From assembly GCF_988243305.1 (NCBI RefSeq), contig NZ_OZ547136.1: a DNA stretch of 64,000 bases; one strand, 5' to 3'. A program made the translations under genes and the position numbers. Shown one piece after another: positions 44,702 to 55,239 of this stretch. A model generated the notes under the pieces. It ran no database searches and was not told the origin of the DNA. It was given only the letters and a program-made list of their open reading frames with translations. The number at the start of each line of letters is the position of its first letter. The stretch's first letter is position 1.

Positions 44702-47700
44702 GCCAGCATTTACCTTTGGTCGCCGCACAGCCCGGCATCTGGATGGCAGAAAAACTGTCGGATTTACCCTCCGCCTGGAGCGTGGCGCATTACGTTGAGT
44801 TAACCGGAGAGGTTGATGCGCCATTACTGGCCCGCGCGGTGGTTGCCGGATTAGCGCAAGCAGATACGCTGCGGATGCGTTTTACGGAAGATAACGGCGA
44901 AGTCTGGCAGTGGGTCGATGATGCGCTGACGTTCGAACTGCCAGAAATTATCGATCTGCGTACCAACATTGATCCGCACGGTACTGCGCAGGCATTAATG
45001 CAGGCGGATTTACAGCAAAATCTACGTGCCGACAGCGGCAAACCGCTGGTCTTTCATCAGCTCATTCAGGTGGCAGATAACCGCTGGTATTGGTATCAGC
45101 GTTATCACCATTTGTTGGTCGATGGCTTCAGTTTCCCGGCAATTACCCGCCAGATCGCCAATATTTACTGCGCATGGCTGCGTGGCGAACCAACGCCTGC
45201 TTCGCCGTTTACGCCTTTCGCTGATGTCGTGGAAGAGTACCAGCAATACCGCGAAAGCGAAGCCTGGCAGCGAGATGCGGCATTCTGGACGGAACAGCGT
45301 CGTCAACTGCCGCCGCCCGCGTCACTTTCTCCGGCACCTTTACCGGGGCGCAGCGTCTCGGCAGATATTCTGCGCCTGAAACTGGAGTTTACCGACGGGG
45401 AATTCCGCCAGCTGGCTATGCAACTTTCAGGTGTGCAGCGTACCGATTTAGCCCTTGCGCTGGCGGCTTTGTGGCTGGGGCGATTGTGCAATCGCATGGA
45501 CTACGCCGCCGGATTTATCTTTATGCGTCGACTGGGCTCGGCGGCGCTGACGGCTACCGGACCCGTGCTCAACGTTTTGCCGTTGGGGATTCACATTGCG
45601 GCACAAGAAACGCTGCCGGAACTGGCAACCCGACTGGCAGCACAACTGAAAAAAATGCGTCGTCATCAACGTTACGATGCCGAACAAATTGTCCGTGACA
45701 GCGGGCGAGCGGCAGGAGAGGAACCGCTGTTCGGTCCGGTACTCAATATCAAGGTATTTGATTACCAACTGGATATTCCTGGTGTTCAGACGCAAACCCA
45801 TACCCTGGCAACCGGTCCGGTTAATGACCTTGAACTGGCCCTGTTCCCGGATGAACACGGTGATTTGAGTATTGAGATCCTCGCCAATAAACAGCGTTAC
45901 GATGAGCCAACGTTAATTCAACACGCTGAACGCCTGAAAATGCTGATTGCCCAGTTCGCCGCGGATCCGGCGCTGTTGTGCGGCGATGTCGATATTATGC
46001 TGCCAGGTGAATATGCGCAGCTGGCGCAGATCAACGCCACTCAGGTTGAGATTCCAGAAACCACGCTGAGCGCGCTGGTGGCAGAACAAGCGGCAAAAAC
46101 GCCGCATGCTCCGGCGCTGGCAGATGCGCGTTACCAGTTCAGCTATCGGGAAATGCGCGAGCAGGTGGTGGCGCTGGCGAATCTGCTGCGTGAGCGCGGC
46201 GTTAAACCAGGGGACAGCGTGGCGGTGGCATTACCGCGCTCGGTCTTTTTGACCCTGGCGCTACATGCGATAGTTGAAGCTGGCGCGGCCTGGCTACCGC
46301 TGGATACCGGTTATCCGGACGATCGCCTGAAAATGATGCTGGAAGATGCGCGTCCGTCGCTGTTAATCACCACCGACGATCAACTGCCGCGCTTTGCCGA
46401 TGTTCCAGATTTAACCAACCTTTGCTATAACGCCCCGCTTACACCGCAGGGCAGTGCGCCGCTGCAGCTTTCACAACCGCACCACACGGCTTATATCATC
46501 TTCACCTCAGGTTCCACCGGCAGACCAAAAGGGGTAATGGTCGGGCAGACGGCTATCGTTAACCGCCTGCTTTGGATGCAAAACCACTACCCGCTTACAG
46601 GCGAAGATGTCGTTGCCCAAAAAACGCCGTGCAGTTTTGATGTCTCGGTGTGGGAGTTTTTCTGGCCGTTTATTGCCGGGGCTAAACTGGTGATGGCTGA
46701 ACCGGAAGCGCACCGCGACCCGCTCGCTATGCAGCAATTCTTTGCCGAATATGGTGTAACGACCACGCACTTTGTGCCGTCGATGCTGGCGGCATTTGTT
46801 GCATCGCTGACTCCGCAAACCGCTCGCCAGAATTGCGCGACGTTGAAACAGGTTTTCTGTAGTGGTGAGGCCTTACCCGCTGATTTATGCCGCGAATGGC
46901 AACAGTTAACCAGCGTGCCGTTGCATAATTTATATGGCCCGACGGAAGCGGTGGTAGATGTCAGCTGGTATCCGGCTTTTGGCGAGGAACTGGCACAGGT
47001 ACGCGGCAGCAGTGTGCCGATTGGTTATCCGGTGTGGAACACGGGCCTGCGTATTCTTGATGCAATGATGCATCCGGTGCCGCCGGGTGTGGCGGGAGAT
47101 CTCTATCTCACCGGTATTCAACTGGCGCAGGGGTATCTTGGACGACCCGATCTGACCGCCAGCCGCTTTATTGCCGATCCTTTTGCCCCAGGTGAAAGGA
47201 TGTACCGTACCGGAGACGTTGCCCGCTGGCTGGATAACGGCGCGGTGGAGTACCTCGGGCGCAGTGACGATCAGCTAAAAATTCGCGGGCAGCGTATTGA
47301 ACTGGGCGAAATCGATCGCGTGATGCAGGCACTGCCGGATGTCGAACAGGCCGTTACCCACGCCTGTGTGATTAACCAGGCGGCAGCCACTGGTGGTGAT
47401 GCGCGTCAGTTGGTGGGCTATCTGGTGTCGCAATCGGGCCTGCCGTTGGATACCAGCGCATTACAGGCGCAGCTTCGCGAAACATTGCCACCACATATGG
47501 TGCCAGTGGTTCTGCTGCAACTTCCACAGTTACCTCTTAGCGCCAACGGCAAGCTGGATCGCAAAGCCTTACCGTTGCCTGAACTGAAAGCACAAGCGCC
47601 GGGGCGTGCGCCGAAAGCGGGCAGTGAAACGATTATCGCCGCGGCATTCTCGTCGTTGCTGGGTTGTGACGTGCAGGATGCCGATGCTGATTTCTTTGCG

Positions 47701-48579
47701 CTTGGCGGTCATTCGCTACTGGCAATGAAACTGGCTGCGCAGTTAAGTCGGCAGTTTACCCGCCAGGTGACGCCGGGGCAGGTGATGGTCGCGTCAACTG
47801 TCGCCAAACTGGCAACGATTATTGATGGTGAAGAAGACAGCACCCAGCGCATGGGATTCGAAACCATTCTGCCGTTGCGTGAAGGTAATGGCCCGACGCT
47901 GTTTTGTTTCCATCCGGCATCCGGTTTTGCCTGGCAGTTTAGCGTGCTTTCGCGTTATCTCGATCCACAATGGTCGATTATCGGCATTCAGTCGCCGCGC
48001 CCTCATGGCCCCATGCAGACGGCGGCAAACCTGGATGAAGTCTGCGAAGCGCATCTGGCAACGTTACTTGAACAACAACCGCACGGCCCTTATTACCTGC
48101 TGGGGTATTCGCTGGGCGGTACGCTGGCGCAGGGCATTGCGGCGCGACTGCGTGCCCGTGGCGAACAGGTGGCATTTCTTGGCTTGCTGGATACCTGGCC
48201 GCCAGAAACGCAAAACTGGCAGGAAAAAGAGGCTAATGGTCTGGACCCGGAAGTGCTGGCGGAGATTAACCGCGAGCGCGAGGCCTTCCTGGCGGCACAA
48301 CAGGGAAGTACTTCAACGGATTTGTTTACCACCATTGAAGGCAACTACGCTGATGCTGTGCGCCTGCTGACGACTGCTCATAGCGTACCGTTTGAAGGTA
48401 AAGCGACGCTGTTTGTTGCTGAACGCACACTTCAGGAAGGTATGAATCCCGAACGCGCCTGGTCGCCGTGGATTGCGGAGCTGGATATCTATCGTCAGGA
48501 TTGTGCGCATGTGGATATTATCTCTCCAGGGGCGTTTGAAAAAATTGGGCCGATTATTCGCGCTACGCTAAACAGGTAA
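44698..48579 (+). CDS. entF: enterobactin non-ribosomal peptide synthetase component F (C-A-T-TE), 1293 aa
   Basis: Condensation HHxxxDG (HHLLVDGFS), adenylation core FTSGSTGRPKGV, thiolation LGGHSL, thioesterase GYSLGG. Confidence 0.95.
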   Translation: MSQHLPLVAAQPGIWMAEKLSDLPSAWSVAHYVELTGEVDAPLLARAVVAGLAQADTLRMRFTEDNGEVWQWVDDALTFELPEIIDLRTNIDPHGTAQALMQADLQQNLRADSGKPLVFHQLIQVADNRWYWYQRYHHLLVDGFSFPAITRQIANIYCAWLRGEPTPASPFTPFADVVEEYQQYRESEAWQRDAAFWTEQRRQLPPPASLSPAPLPGRSVSADILRLKLEFTDGEFRQLAMQLSGVQRTDLALALAALWLGRLCNRMDYAAGFIFMRRLGSAALTATGPVLNVLPLGIHIAAQETLPELATRLAAQLKKMRRHQRYDAEQIVRDSGRAAGEEPLFGPVLNIKVFDYQLDIPGVQTQTHTLATGPVNDLELALFPDEHGDLSIEILANKQRYDEPTLIQHAERLKMLIAQFAADPALLCGDVDIMLPGEYAQLAQINATQVEIPETTLSALVAEQAAKTPHAPALADARYQFSYREMREQVVALANLLRERGVKPGDSVAVALPRSVFLTLALHAIVEAGAAWLPLDTGYPDDRLKMMLEDARPSLLITTDDQLPRFADVPDLTNLCYNAPLTPQGSAPLQLSQPHHTAYIIFTSGSTGRPKGVMVGQTAIVNRLLWMQNHYPLTGEDVVAQKTPCSFDVSVWEFFWPFIAGAKLVMAEPEAHRDPLAMQQFFAEYGVTTTHFVPSMLAAFVASLTPQTARQNCATLKQVFCSGEALPADLCREWQQLTSVPLHNLYGPTEAVVDVSWYPAFGEELAQVRGSSVPIGYPVWNTGLRILDAMMHPVPPGVAGDLYLTGIQLAQGYLGRPDLTASRFIADPFAPGERMYRTGDVARWLDNGAVEYLGRSDDQLKIRGQRIELGEIDRVMQALPDVEQAVTHACVINQAAATGGDARQLVGYLVSQSGLPLDTSALQAQLRETLPPHMVPVVLLQLPQLPLSANGKLDRKALPLPELKAQAPGRAPKAGSETIIAAAFSSLLGCDVQDADADFFALGGHSLLAMKLAAQLSRQFTRQVTPGQVMVASTVAKLATIIDGEEDSTQRMGFETILPLREGNGPTLFCFHPASGFAWQFSVLSRYLDPQWSIIGIQSPRPHGPMQTAANLDEVCEAHLATLLEQQPHGPYYLLGYSLGGTLAQGIAARLRARGEQVAFLGLLDTWPPETQNWQEKEANGLDPEVLAEINREREAFLAAQQGSTSTDLFTTIEGNYADAVRLLTTAHSVPFEGKATLFVAERTLQEGMNPERAWSPWIAELDIYRQDCAHVDIISPGAFEKIGPIIRATLNR

Positions 48580-48592
48580 ATTAATATTATCC

Positions 48593-48629
48593 ATAAACCC
48601 ATAATTACAGGAAATGATTATGGGTTTAT
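48593..48629 (+). terminator. perfect 13-bp inverted repeat hairpin downstream of entF (candidate terminator)
   Basis: ataaacccataat-N11-attatgggtttat followed by catttatttgattt; starts 14 nt after the entF stop. Confidence 0.5.
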
Positions 48630-48794
48630 CATTTATTTGATTTATAAGTTTGGTGGATATTTCTCTTAAATAGAGTGAATGTTGCATTCAGTGGAAGGAA
48701 TTTACAAACTTCAGCTTCGGATAATTCTCACCAACTGGTAAAGTGAGCGCCGTGGAGATTTCCCCCTATTGGACTCATTTTCAGGTTATACCCC

Positions 48795-49928
48795 ATGTCA
48801 TCACTGAATATTAAACAGGGAAGTGACGCTCATTTTCCCGAGTATCCTCTGGCGTCGCCCAGTAATAATGAAATTGATTTACTTAATCTAATCGCAGTTT
48901 TATGGCGGGCCAAAAAAACGGTCATGGCGGTCATTTTTGCATTTGCCTGCGCAGGTTTACTGATCTCTTTCATCCTGCCGCAAAAATGGACCAGCGCGGC
49001 GGTTGTCACGCCTCCAGAACCTGTTCAGTGGCAAGAGCTGGAGAAAACATTCACTAAGCTTCGAGTGCTGGATCTGGATATCAAAATTGATCGTACAGAA
49101 GCATTTAACCTGTTTATCAAGAAGTTTCAGTCGGTTAGCTTGCTGGAAGAGTACCTGCGTTCATCACCTTATGTGATGGACCAATTAAAAGAGGCGAAAA
49201 TCGACGAACTGGATTTGCATCGCGCAATTGTCGCATTGAGCGAAAAAATGAAAGCGGTTGATGACAATGCCAGTAAGAAAAAAGATGAACCGTCACTTTA
49301 TACCTCCTGGACGCTAAGTTTTACCGCGCCAACCAATGAAGAGGCGCAAACCGTTTTGAGCGGGTATATCGATTATATCTCTGCTCTGGTGGTGAAAGAG
49401 TCGATAGAAAATGAGCGCAATAGACTGGAGCTTAAAACCCAGTTTGAAAAAGAAAAACTGGCTCAGGACCGCATTAAAATGAAAAATCAACTTGATGCAA
49501 ACATTCAGCGCCTCAATTATTCACTCGACATTGCCAACGCGGCAGGAATTAAAAAGCCCGTTTACAGTAATGGTCAGGCCGTTAAAGATGACCCCGATTT
49601 CTCTATTTCTCTCGGCGCAGACGGTATTGAACGCAAACTGGAAATTGAAAAAGCGGTTACTGACGTTGCGGAACTGAACGGTGAATTACGTAATCGTCAG
49701 TATCTTGTCGAGCAATTAACAAAAGCAAATATCAACGATGTGAATTTTACGCCGTTTAAATATCAGTTAAGCCCGTCATTGCCAGTGAAAAAAGACGGTC
49801 CGGGTAAGGCGATTATTGTGATCCTTTCTGCGATGGTCGGCGGGATGGTGGCTTGTGGTGGCGTGCTGTTGCGCTATGCGATGGCATCCAGAAAACAGGA
49901 TGCCGTGATGGAAGAGCACTTAGTTTAA
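48795..49928 (+). CDS. fepE: polysaccharide co-polymerase (Wzz-like) protein FepE, 377 aa
   Basis: N- and C-terminal TM segments flanking a coiled-coil periplasmic domain; position after entF. Confidence 0.9.
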   Translation: MSSLNIKQGSDAHFPEYPLASPSNNEIDLLNLIAVLWRAKKTVMAVIFAFACAGLLISFILPQKWTSAAVVTPPEPVQWQELEKTFTKLRVLDLDIKIDRTEAFNLFIKKFQSVSLLEEYLRSSPYVMDQLKEAKIDELDLHRAIVALSEKMKAVDDNASKKKDEPSLYTSWTLSFTAPTNEEAQTVLSGYIDYISALVVKESIENERNRLELKTQFEKEKLAQDRIKMKNQLDANIQRLNYSLDIANAAGIKKPVYSNGQAVKDDPDFSISLGADGIERKLEIEKAVTDVAELNGELRNRQYLVEQLTKANINDVNFTPFKYQLSPSLPVKKDGPGKAIIVILSAMVGGMVACGGVLLRYAMASRKQDAVMEEHLV

Positions 49929-50740
49929 ATCTTGGCAGTTGAAGGTGCCGTTCGTCCGAGCGGCACCACGAGCGGAGTTCCGGCTACCGGATCGTCAATA
50001 ATCATGCAGCGCAGACCATAAATGCGCTCGATCAATTCAGCAGTGACAATCTCCTTCGGCGCTCCCTGAGCAACAATTTTCCCTTCCCGCAATGCAATCA
50101 AATGGCTGGCGTAACGACAGGCCTGATTAAGATCGTGCAGCACCGCCGCCAGGGTATAGCCTTTCTCGCGGTTCAGTTCGCTTAACAGTTCCAGCAAATC
50201 AATCTGATGACTGATATCCAGCCAGGTCGTTGGTTCATCGAGCAGCATAATTGCCGTTTCCTGGGCCAGCACCATTGCTATCCACGCTCGCTGGCGTTGT
50301 CCGCCAGAAAGGGTATCCACGCTTTGATCCGCCAGATGGGTGATTCCCGTGGCCTGCATCGCTTTTGTGACGGCCTCTTCATCTTCTTTGCGCCAGCGGG
50401 TAAACAGCGGTTGATGCGGGTAACGCCCACGCGCCACCAGCTCCTGCACGGTGATATCTCCCGGCGTGGTGGCGTTTTGCGCCAACAGGCCAATCCGGCG
50501 TGCAACCTCTTTACTGGCGTAATGTTGAATGTGCTCACCATCCAGCCAGACATGCCCGTGAGCAGGCGTCATCAGGCGGCTTAAGGTACGCAGTAACGTG
50601 GATTTACCGCAGCCATTTGGCCCGATAATTGCCGTGAAGTGACCATCAGGTATTTCTACAGTCAGATTTTCTGCAACGGTATATTTGCCATATCCGAGGG
50701 TTAACTGTTCGCCGCGCAAACGGGCTACTGATTCGGTCAT
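49925..50740 (-). CDS. fepC: ferric enterobactin ABC transporter ATP-binding protein, 271 aa
   Basis: Walker A GPNGCGKST, ABC signature LSGGQRQR, Walker B LLDEPTT; start re-picked at MTESVARLRGEQ. Confidence 0.9.
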   Translation of the reverse strand: MTESVARLRGEQLTLGYGKYTVAENLTVEIPDGHFTAIIGPNGCGKSTLLRTLSRLMTPAHGHVWLDGEHIQHYASKEVARRIGLLAQNATTPGDITVQELVARGRYPHQPLFTRWRKEDEEAVTKAMQATGITHLADQSVDTLSGGQRQRAWIAMVLAQETAIMLLDEPTTWLDISHQIDLLELLSELNREKGYTLAAVLHDLNQACRYASHLIALREGKIVAQGAPKEIVTAELIERIYGLRCMIIDDPVAGTPLVVPLGRTAPSTAKI

Positions 50741-51729
50741 TTTTTGCGAGACTCCTGAATTAACAAGACGATAAGGTAAATACCACCGAGGCTGACGGTA
50801 ACGACGCCAACCGGAAGTTGATACGGCATAAACAGTTGTTGGGCGCATAGATCGGCCGCCAGCAGTAACAACGCCCCGCACAGCGCCGCCTGGGTCAGCC
50901 CCCAGCGAGCGGTGCCGCTAATGCGCCGGGCAATGTGTGGCGCGACTAAAGCAATAAAGGAAATCGGCCCGGCAAGCGCCGTTGCCGCAGCGGTGAGCAC
51001 CACTGCCACCAGCATCATTAACAGCCGCGAACGTTCGACGCTGACGCCCAACGCACACGCGGTATCATCGCCCATTTCCAGCAAGCGCATCCGGCGTACC
51101 AGTAAGGCGGCGGCAATGAGCATCAATATAATGATGGGCGCGGAAGGCGAGGTTTTTGCCCACGTCAGGCCGTTGAGCGATCCGGCATTCCACAAACCCG
51201 CTGTTAGCGCCGTTTCTAAAGACGCTTTCAGCAACAACCAGGTATTAAAGGCCACCAGCATGGCGCGAACACCGATACCGATAATAATCAACCGAAAGGT
51301 GTCGATACCGTTACGCCAGGCAAGCAGCCAGACCAGCAGCGAGGTGACAATGCCGCCCACCATTGCTGCCAGGGCGATAGCCGTCAGGTCCTGACCAAAC
51401 AGCACCATCGCCACCAGCACGCCGCTCCACGCCCCGGTGTTAAAGCCCATTACGTCAGGGCTGCCGAGCGGGTTACGCATCAGCGACTGAAAAATCGCGC
51501 CGCTGACGCCCAGAGCCGCGCCAATTAACAGCGCCATCAGCACGCGTGGTAAACGCCATTCGGTGACCACCATCGTCATACTGCGCGGCGCATCGCCCAT
51601 CAGCGCGGCGAATATCTGCGAGGTTTCCAGCGTGACGGCACCGCTGCGTAATCCCCAGATACCTGCAACCACACAGGCGGTAATTAGCAGCAAACAGGTG
51701 ATGATTAATCGGCGAGAGACGTAAATCAT
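50737..51729 (-). CDS. fepG: ferric enterobactin ABC transporter permease, 330 aa
   Basis: FecCD-family permease; 4-nt overlaps with fepC and fepD. Confidence 0.9.
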   Translation of the reverse strand: MIYVSRRLIITCLLLITACVVAGIWGLRSGAVTLETSQIFAALMGDAPRSMTMVVTEWRLPRVLMALLIGAALGVSGAIFQSLMRNPLGSPDVMGFNTGAWSGVLVAMVLFGQDLTAIALAAMVGGIVTSLLVWLLAWRNGIDTFRLIIIGIGVRAMLVAFNTWLLLKASLETALTAGLWNAGSLNGLTWAKTSPSAPIIILMLIAAALLVRRMRLLEMGDDTACALGVSVERSRLLMMLVAVVLTAAATALAGPISFIALVAPHIARRISGTARWGLTQAALCGALLLLAADLCAQQLFMPYQLPVGVVTVSLGGIYLIVLLIQESRKK

Positions 51730-52730
51730 GCGCCACCTCGCGTTTTACGTCGCACGAGGAAGATCAGCACCGGTGCGCCAATAAAGGCACTGACTACAGA
51801 AACGCGCAGTTCGCCGGGCACAATCACCCGTCCGATGATATCGGCAAACAGCAGCAGGGCAGGGGTAGCAAGCAGCGTGACGGGCAGCGACCAGCGATGA
51901 TCGGCACCCACCAACCAACGTGCCATATGCGGCATCATCAGGCCAATAAAGGCAATCGGGCCAACTACCGCCGTCGCACTACCACAAAGCACGGTAATCG
52001 CCAGCAGACCAATCAACTGTGTGCGCGCCACGCGACTACCCAGCGCCGTCGCGGTGTCACTGCCGAGGCTTAAACTGTTCAGCGCGCGGCTCAGTAATAG
52101 CGCGGTTGCTCCGGCGATCAGCACCGGGATCAGCACCACTTTTAAGGTATGTAGATTGCGAATATCCAGCGAACCGGCTTGCCAGAAACGCAACTGATCG
52201 TAGACGTCAGGATTAAGCAGGGCGATGCCGCTGGTCAGCCCTTCCAGCACCGCCGCCAGTGCCACGCCCGCCAGGGTTAAACGCACCGGACTTAACTGCC
52301 CGCCGCCCTGGCTGCCGGTAAAGGCAACAATCAATGAGGCCACCAGCGCCCCGGCGAAGGCCATCGCCAGTTGTTCCTGTGCGGAAGAGTAACCAAACAG
52401 CGCCGCACCCAGCACAATGGCAAAGCTGGCTCCGGCGTTCACGCCAAGCAAGCCGGGGTCGGCAAGTGGGTTTCGGGTGAGGGTTTGCATCAGCGCCCCG
52501 GCAAGCCCAAGCGCACCGCCTGCCAGTAAACCGGCAAGGGTGCGCGGCAGACGGGCGTCGAGCACAATGGTGCAGTCGGCGCTCTGGCAGGTGCCGGAGA
52601 GCGCCTCCAGCACTACGGAAGCGGGGAGTGATTTTGCCCCAATGAGCAGGCTTAATGCCGTCGCGATAATCAGTAATAACAGCAATCCGGGCACGGCAAT
52701 GGCGCGTGTCACGGCAACAGAACCAGACAT
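51726..52730 (-). CDS. fepD: ferric enterobactin ABC transporter permease, 334 aa
   Basis: FecCD-family permease; start re-picked at MSGSVAVTRAIAV. Confidence 0.9.
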   Translation of the reverse strand: MSGSVAVTRAIAVPGLLLLLIIATALSLLIGAKSLPASVVLEALSGTCQSADCTIVLDARLPRTLAGLLAGGALGLAGALMQTLTRNPLADPGLLGVNAGASFAIVLGAALFGYSSAQEQLAMAFAGALVASLIVAFTGSQGGGQLSPVRLTLAGVALAAVLEGLTSGIALLNPDVYDQLRFWQAGSLDIRNLHTLKVVLIPVLIAGATALLLSRALNSLSLGSDTATALGSRVARTQLIGLLAITVLCGSATAVVGPIAFIGLMMPHMARWLVGADHRWSLPVTLLATPALLLFADIIGRVIVPGELRVSVVSAFIGAPVLIFLVRRKTRGGA

Positions 52731-52742
52731 ACGAACTTCCAT

Positions 52743-52767
52743 GATAATGAAATTAATTATCGTTATC
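52743..52767. promoter_or_regulatory. Fur-box-like element in the fepD-entS divergent promoter
   Basis: gataatgaaattaattatcgttatc (GATAAT...ATTATC arrangement). Confidence 0.55.
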
Positions 52768-52840
52768 GATCTTATTTGGATATGTTAGCATGTGCAGCCT
52801 AAGAATAGGTATTTAAAATATTTGATGGCAAGGCATTGTA

Positions 52841-54091
52841 ATGAATAAACAATCCTGGCTGCTTAACCTCAGCCTGTTGAAAACGCACCCGGCGTTTCGC
52901 GCAGTATTCCTCGCTCGTTTTATCTCAATTGTGTCTCTGGGTTTGCTCGGCGTCGCGGTGCCGGTGCAGATCCAGATGATGACGCATTCTACCTGGCAGG
53001 TGGGGCTTTCGGTAACGCTGACCGGCGGGGCGATGTTTGTTGGCCTGATGGTCGGCGGTGTGCTGGCGGATCGCTATGAGCGCAAAAAAGTGATTTTGCT
53101 GGCGCGCGGCACCTGTGGCATTGGCTTCATTGGACTGTGCCTGAACGCGCTGCTGCCGGAGCCATCTTTGCTGGCAATCTATTTACTCGGATTATGGGAT
53201 GGTTTTTTCGCATCGCTTGGCGTTACGGCGCTACTGGCGGCGACACCTGCACTGGTAGGGCGTGAAAACTTAATGCAGGCCGGGGCGATCACCATGTTGA
53301 CTGTGCGCCTGGGATCGGTGATTTCGCCTATGATTGGTGGTTTACTGCTGGCGACTGGCGGCGTAGCCTGGAACTACGGGCTGGCGGCGGCGGGCACGTT
53401 TATTACCTTGCTACCGTTGTTAAGCCTTCCGGCGTTACCACCACCACCGCAGCCGCGTGAGCATCCGTTGAAATCATTACTGGCAGGATTTCGTTTTCTA
53501 CTCGCCAGCCCGCTGGTAGGAGGGATTGCGCTGTTGGGGGGGTTATTGACGATGGCGAGCGCGGTGCGGGTACTGTATCCGGCGCTGGCTGACAACTGGC
53601 AGATGTCGGCGGCACAGATTGGTTTTCTCTATGCGGCGATCCCGCTCGGCGCGGCTATTGGCGCGTTAACCAGCGGGAAGCTGGCGCATAGCGCGCGACC
53701 AGGGTTATTGATGCTGCTCTCCACGCTGGGATCGTTCCTCGCCATTGGTCTGTTTGGCCTGATGCCGATGTGGATTTTAGGCGTGGTTTGTCTGGCGCTA
53801 TTCGGCTGGCTGAGCGCGGTCAGCTCGTTGCTGCAATACACAATGCTGCAAACGCAAACCCCGGAAGCGATGTTAGGGCGGATTAACGGTTTGTGGACGG
53901 CGCAAAACGTGACGGGCGATGCCATAGGCGCGGCGCTGCTGGGCGGTTTGGGCGCGATGATGACACCGGTTACTTCCGCAAGCGCGAGCGGTTTTGGATT
54001 GTTGATTATCGGCGTGTTGTTGTTGCTGGTGCTGGTGGAGTTGCGACGTTTTCGCCAGACGCCGCCGCAGGTGACAGCGTCCGACAGTTAA
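52841..54091 (+). CDS. entS: MFS enterobactin exporter, 416 aa
   Basis: 12-TM MFS-like sequence; divergent from fepD. Confidence 0.9.
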   Translation: MNKQSWLLNLSLLKTHPAFRAVFLARFISIVSLGLLGVAVPVQIQMMTHSTWQVGLSVTLTGGAMFVGLMVGGVLADRYERKKVILLARGTCGIGFIGLCLNALLPEPSLLAIYLLGLWDGFFASLGVTALLAATPALVGRENLMQAGAITMLTVRLGSVISPMIGGLLLATGGVAWNYGLAAAGTFITLLPLLSLPALPPPPQPREHPLKSLLAGFRFLLASPLVGGIALLGGLLTMASAVRVLYPALADNWQMSAAQIGFLYAAIPLGAAIGALTSGKLAHSARPGLLMLLSTLGSFLAIGLFGLMPMWILGVVCLALFGWLSAVSSLLQYTMLQTQTPEAMLGRINGLWTAQNVTGDAIGAALLGGLGAMMTPVTSASASGFGLLIIGVLLLLVLVELRRFRQTPPQVTASDS

Positions 54092-54094
54092 TGC

Positions 54095-55051
54095 TTAAAA
54101 CAGCGCCTTAAGTCGTTCCAGCACTTGCATGGCGCTGTAGTAATCCAGTCGGAACGTCTCGGTTCCCAGCGCATAAACCTGCTTGTTTTGTACTGCGGGC
54201 AGGTGCGCGAGCAGTGGATTGGCATAAATAGCATCGGCATCTTTCTGATCACCGGCGAACAGGAATAGTGACTCGCCATTTAACCCTGCAGCCAGATTTT
54301 CTCCACCAAGCTGAATGATGTCATGGCGTTTGCCCTGGCTTTGGCTGGCGTTTAACCCTGCTGGCAACTTCGCCAGCGTAAAGCCGAGTTGTTCCAGCAT
54401 CTGCCCTTGTGCTGATTCCGGCGTCCAGAGATTGGCACTGTGCGCGGCGGCGGTATAGACAATGGCAGTGACCGGCTGCGGCGGTAATTTGATTTGCTCT
54501 TTCGCCGCTGCCAGTTGCTTATCAAACTGTGCAATCCGCTCTGCCGCTTGTTTCTCATGCCCGGTAATTTCGCCAAGTTGCGTTAACAGCGACTGCCAGC
54601 TTTTGTCGTCGTAATTGATGATTAATGTCGGGGCGATGGTGGAAAGCTGATCGTATAGCGCCAGCGCCGAATCGCCGCCGGTCGCGCTAATTAAAATCAG
54701 ATCCGGCATTTGCGCGGCAACGGCTTCGGCACTTGGTTCACCGATATAGAGTCGTTGCAATTTGCGTTCTTTCGCTACCTTGCTCCACTGGCGTAAAAAG
54801 CCCTGGTCATCCGCGACGCGGTTATTTGGCGTGGTCGCGCCGCTGGCAATCACCGGAGCATCAATCGCCAGCAGTGAGCCAGTCAGGGTGATGCTGGTGG
54901 AAACAATACGCTGCGGCTGGCTTTCCAGGGTATGAGTGCCCCGGCTGTCAGTAATCTGACGCGGCCAGTCGGCGGCCTGAACTGCGACTATTCCTGAAAG
55001 CAAAAGTCCTGTTAATAGAAGGGCGTTGCGGTAGAGCGAGGCGAGTCTCAC
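54095..55051 (-). CDS. fepB: periplasmic ferric enterobactin-binding protein, 318 aa (GTG start)
   Basis: Signal peptide plus siderophore-binding protein sequence; start codon is GTG with GGAAG RBS. Confidence 0.9.
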   Translation of the reverse strand: MRLASLYRNALLLTGLLLSGIVAVQAADWPRQITDSRGTHTLESQPQRIVSTSITLTGSLLAIDAPVIASGATTPNNRVADDQGFLRQWSKVAKERKLQRLYIGEPSAEAVAAQMPDLILISATGGDSALALYDQLSTIAPTLIINYDDKSWQSLLTQLGEITGHEKQAAERIAQFDKQLAAAKEQIKLPPQPVTAIVYTAAAHSANLWTPESAQGQMLEQLGFTLAKLPAGLNASQSQGKRHDIIQLGGENLAAGLNGESLFLFAGDQKDADAIYANPLLAHLPAVQNKQVYALGTETFRLDYYSAMQVLERLKALF

Positions 55052-55191
55052 AAATCAGCTTCCTGTTATTAATGAAGTTAATGCTTCTCATTTTCATTGT
55101 AACCACAACCAGATGCAACCCCGAGTTGCAGATTGCGTTACCTCAAGAGTTGACATAGTGCGCGTTTGCTTTTAGGTTAGCGACCGAAAAT

Positions 55192-55210
55192 ATAAATGAT
55201 AATCATTATT
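55192..55210. promoter_or_regulatory. Fur box in the fepB-entC divergent promoter
   Basis: ATAAATGATAATCATTATT matches the 19-bp Fur consensus GATAATGATAATCATTATC at 17 of 19 positions. Confidence 0.7.
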
Positions 55211-55239
55211 AAAGCCTTTATCATTTTGTGGAGGATGAT

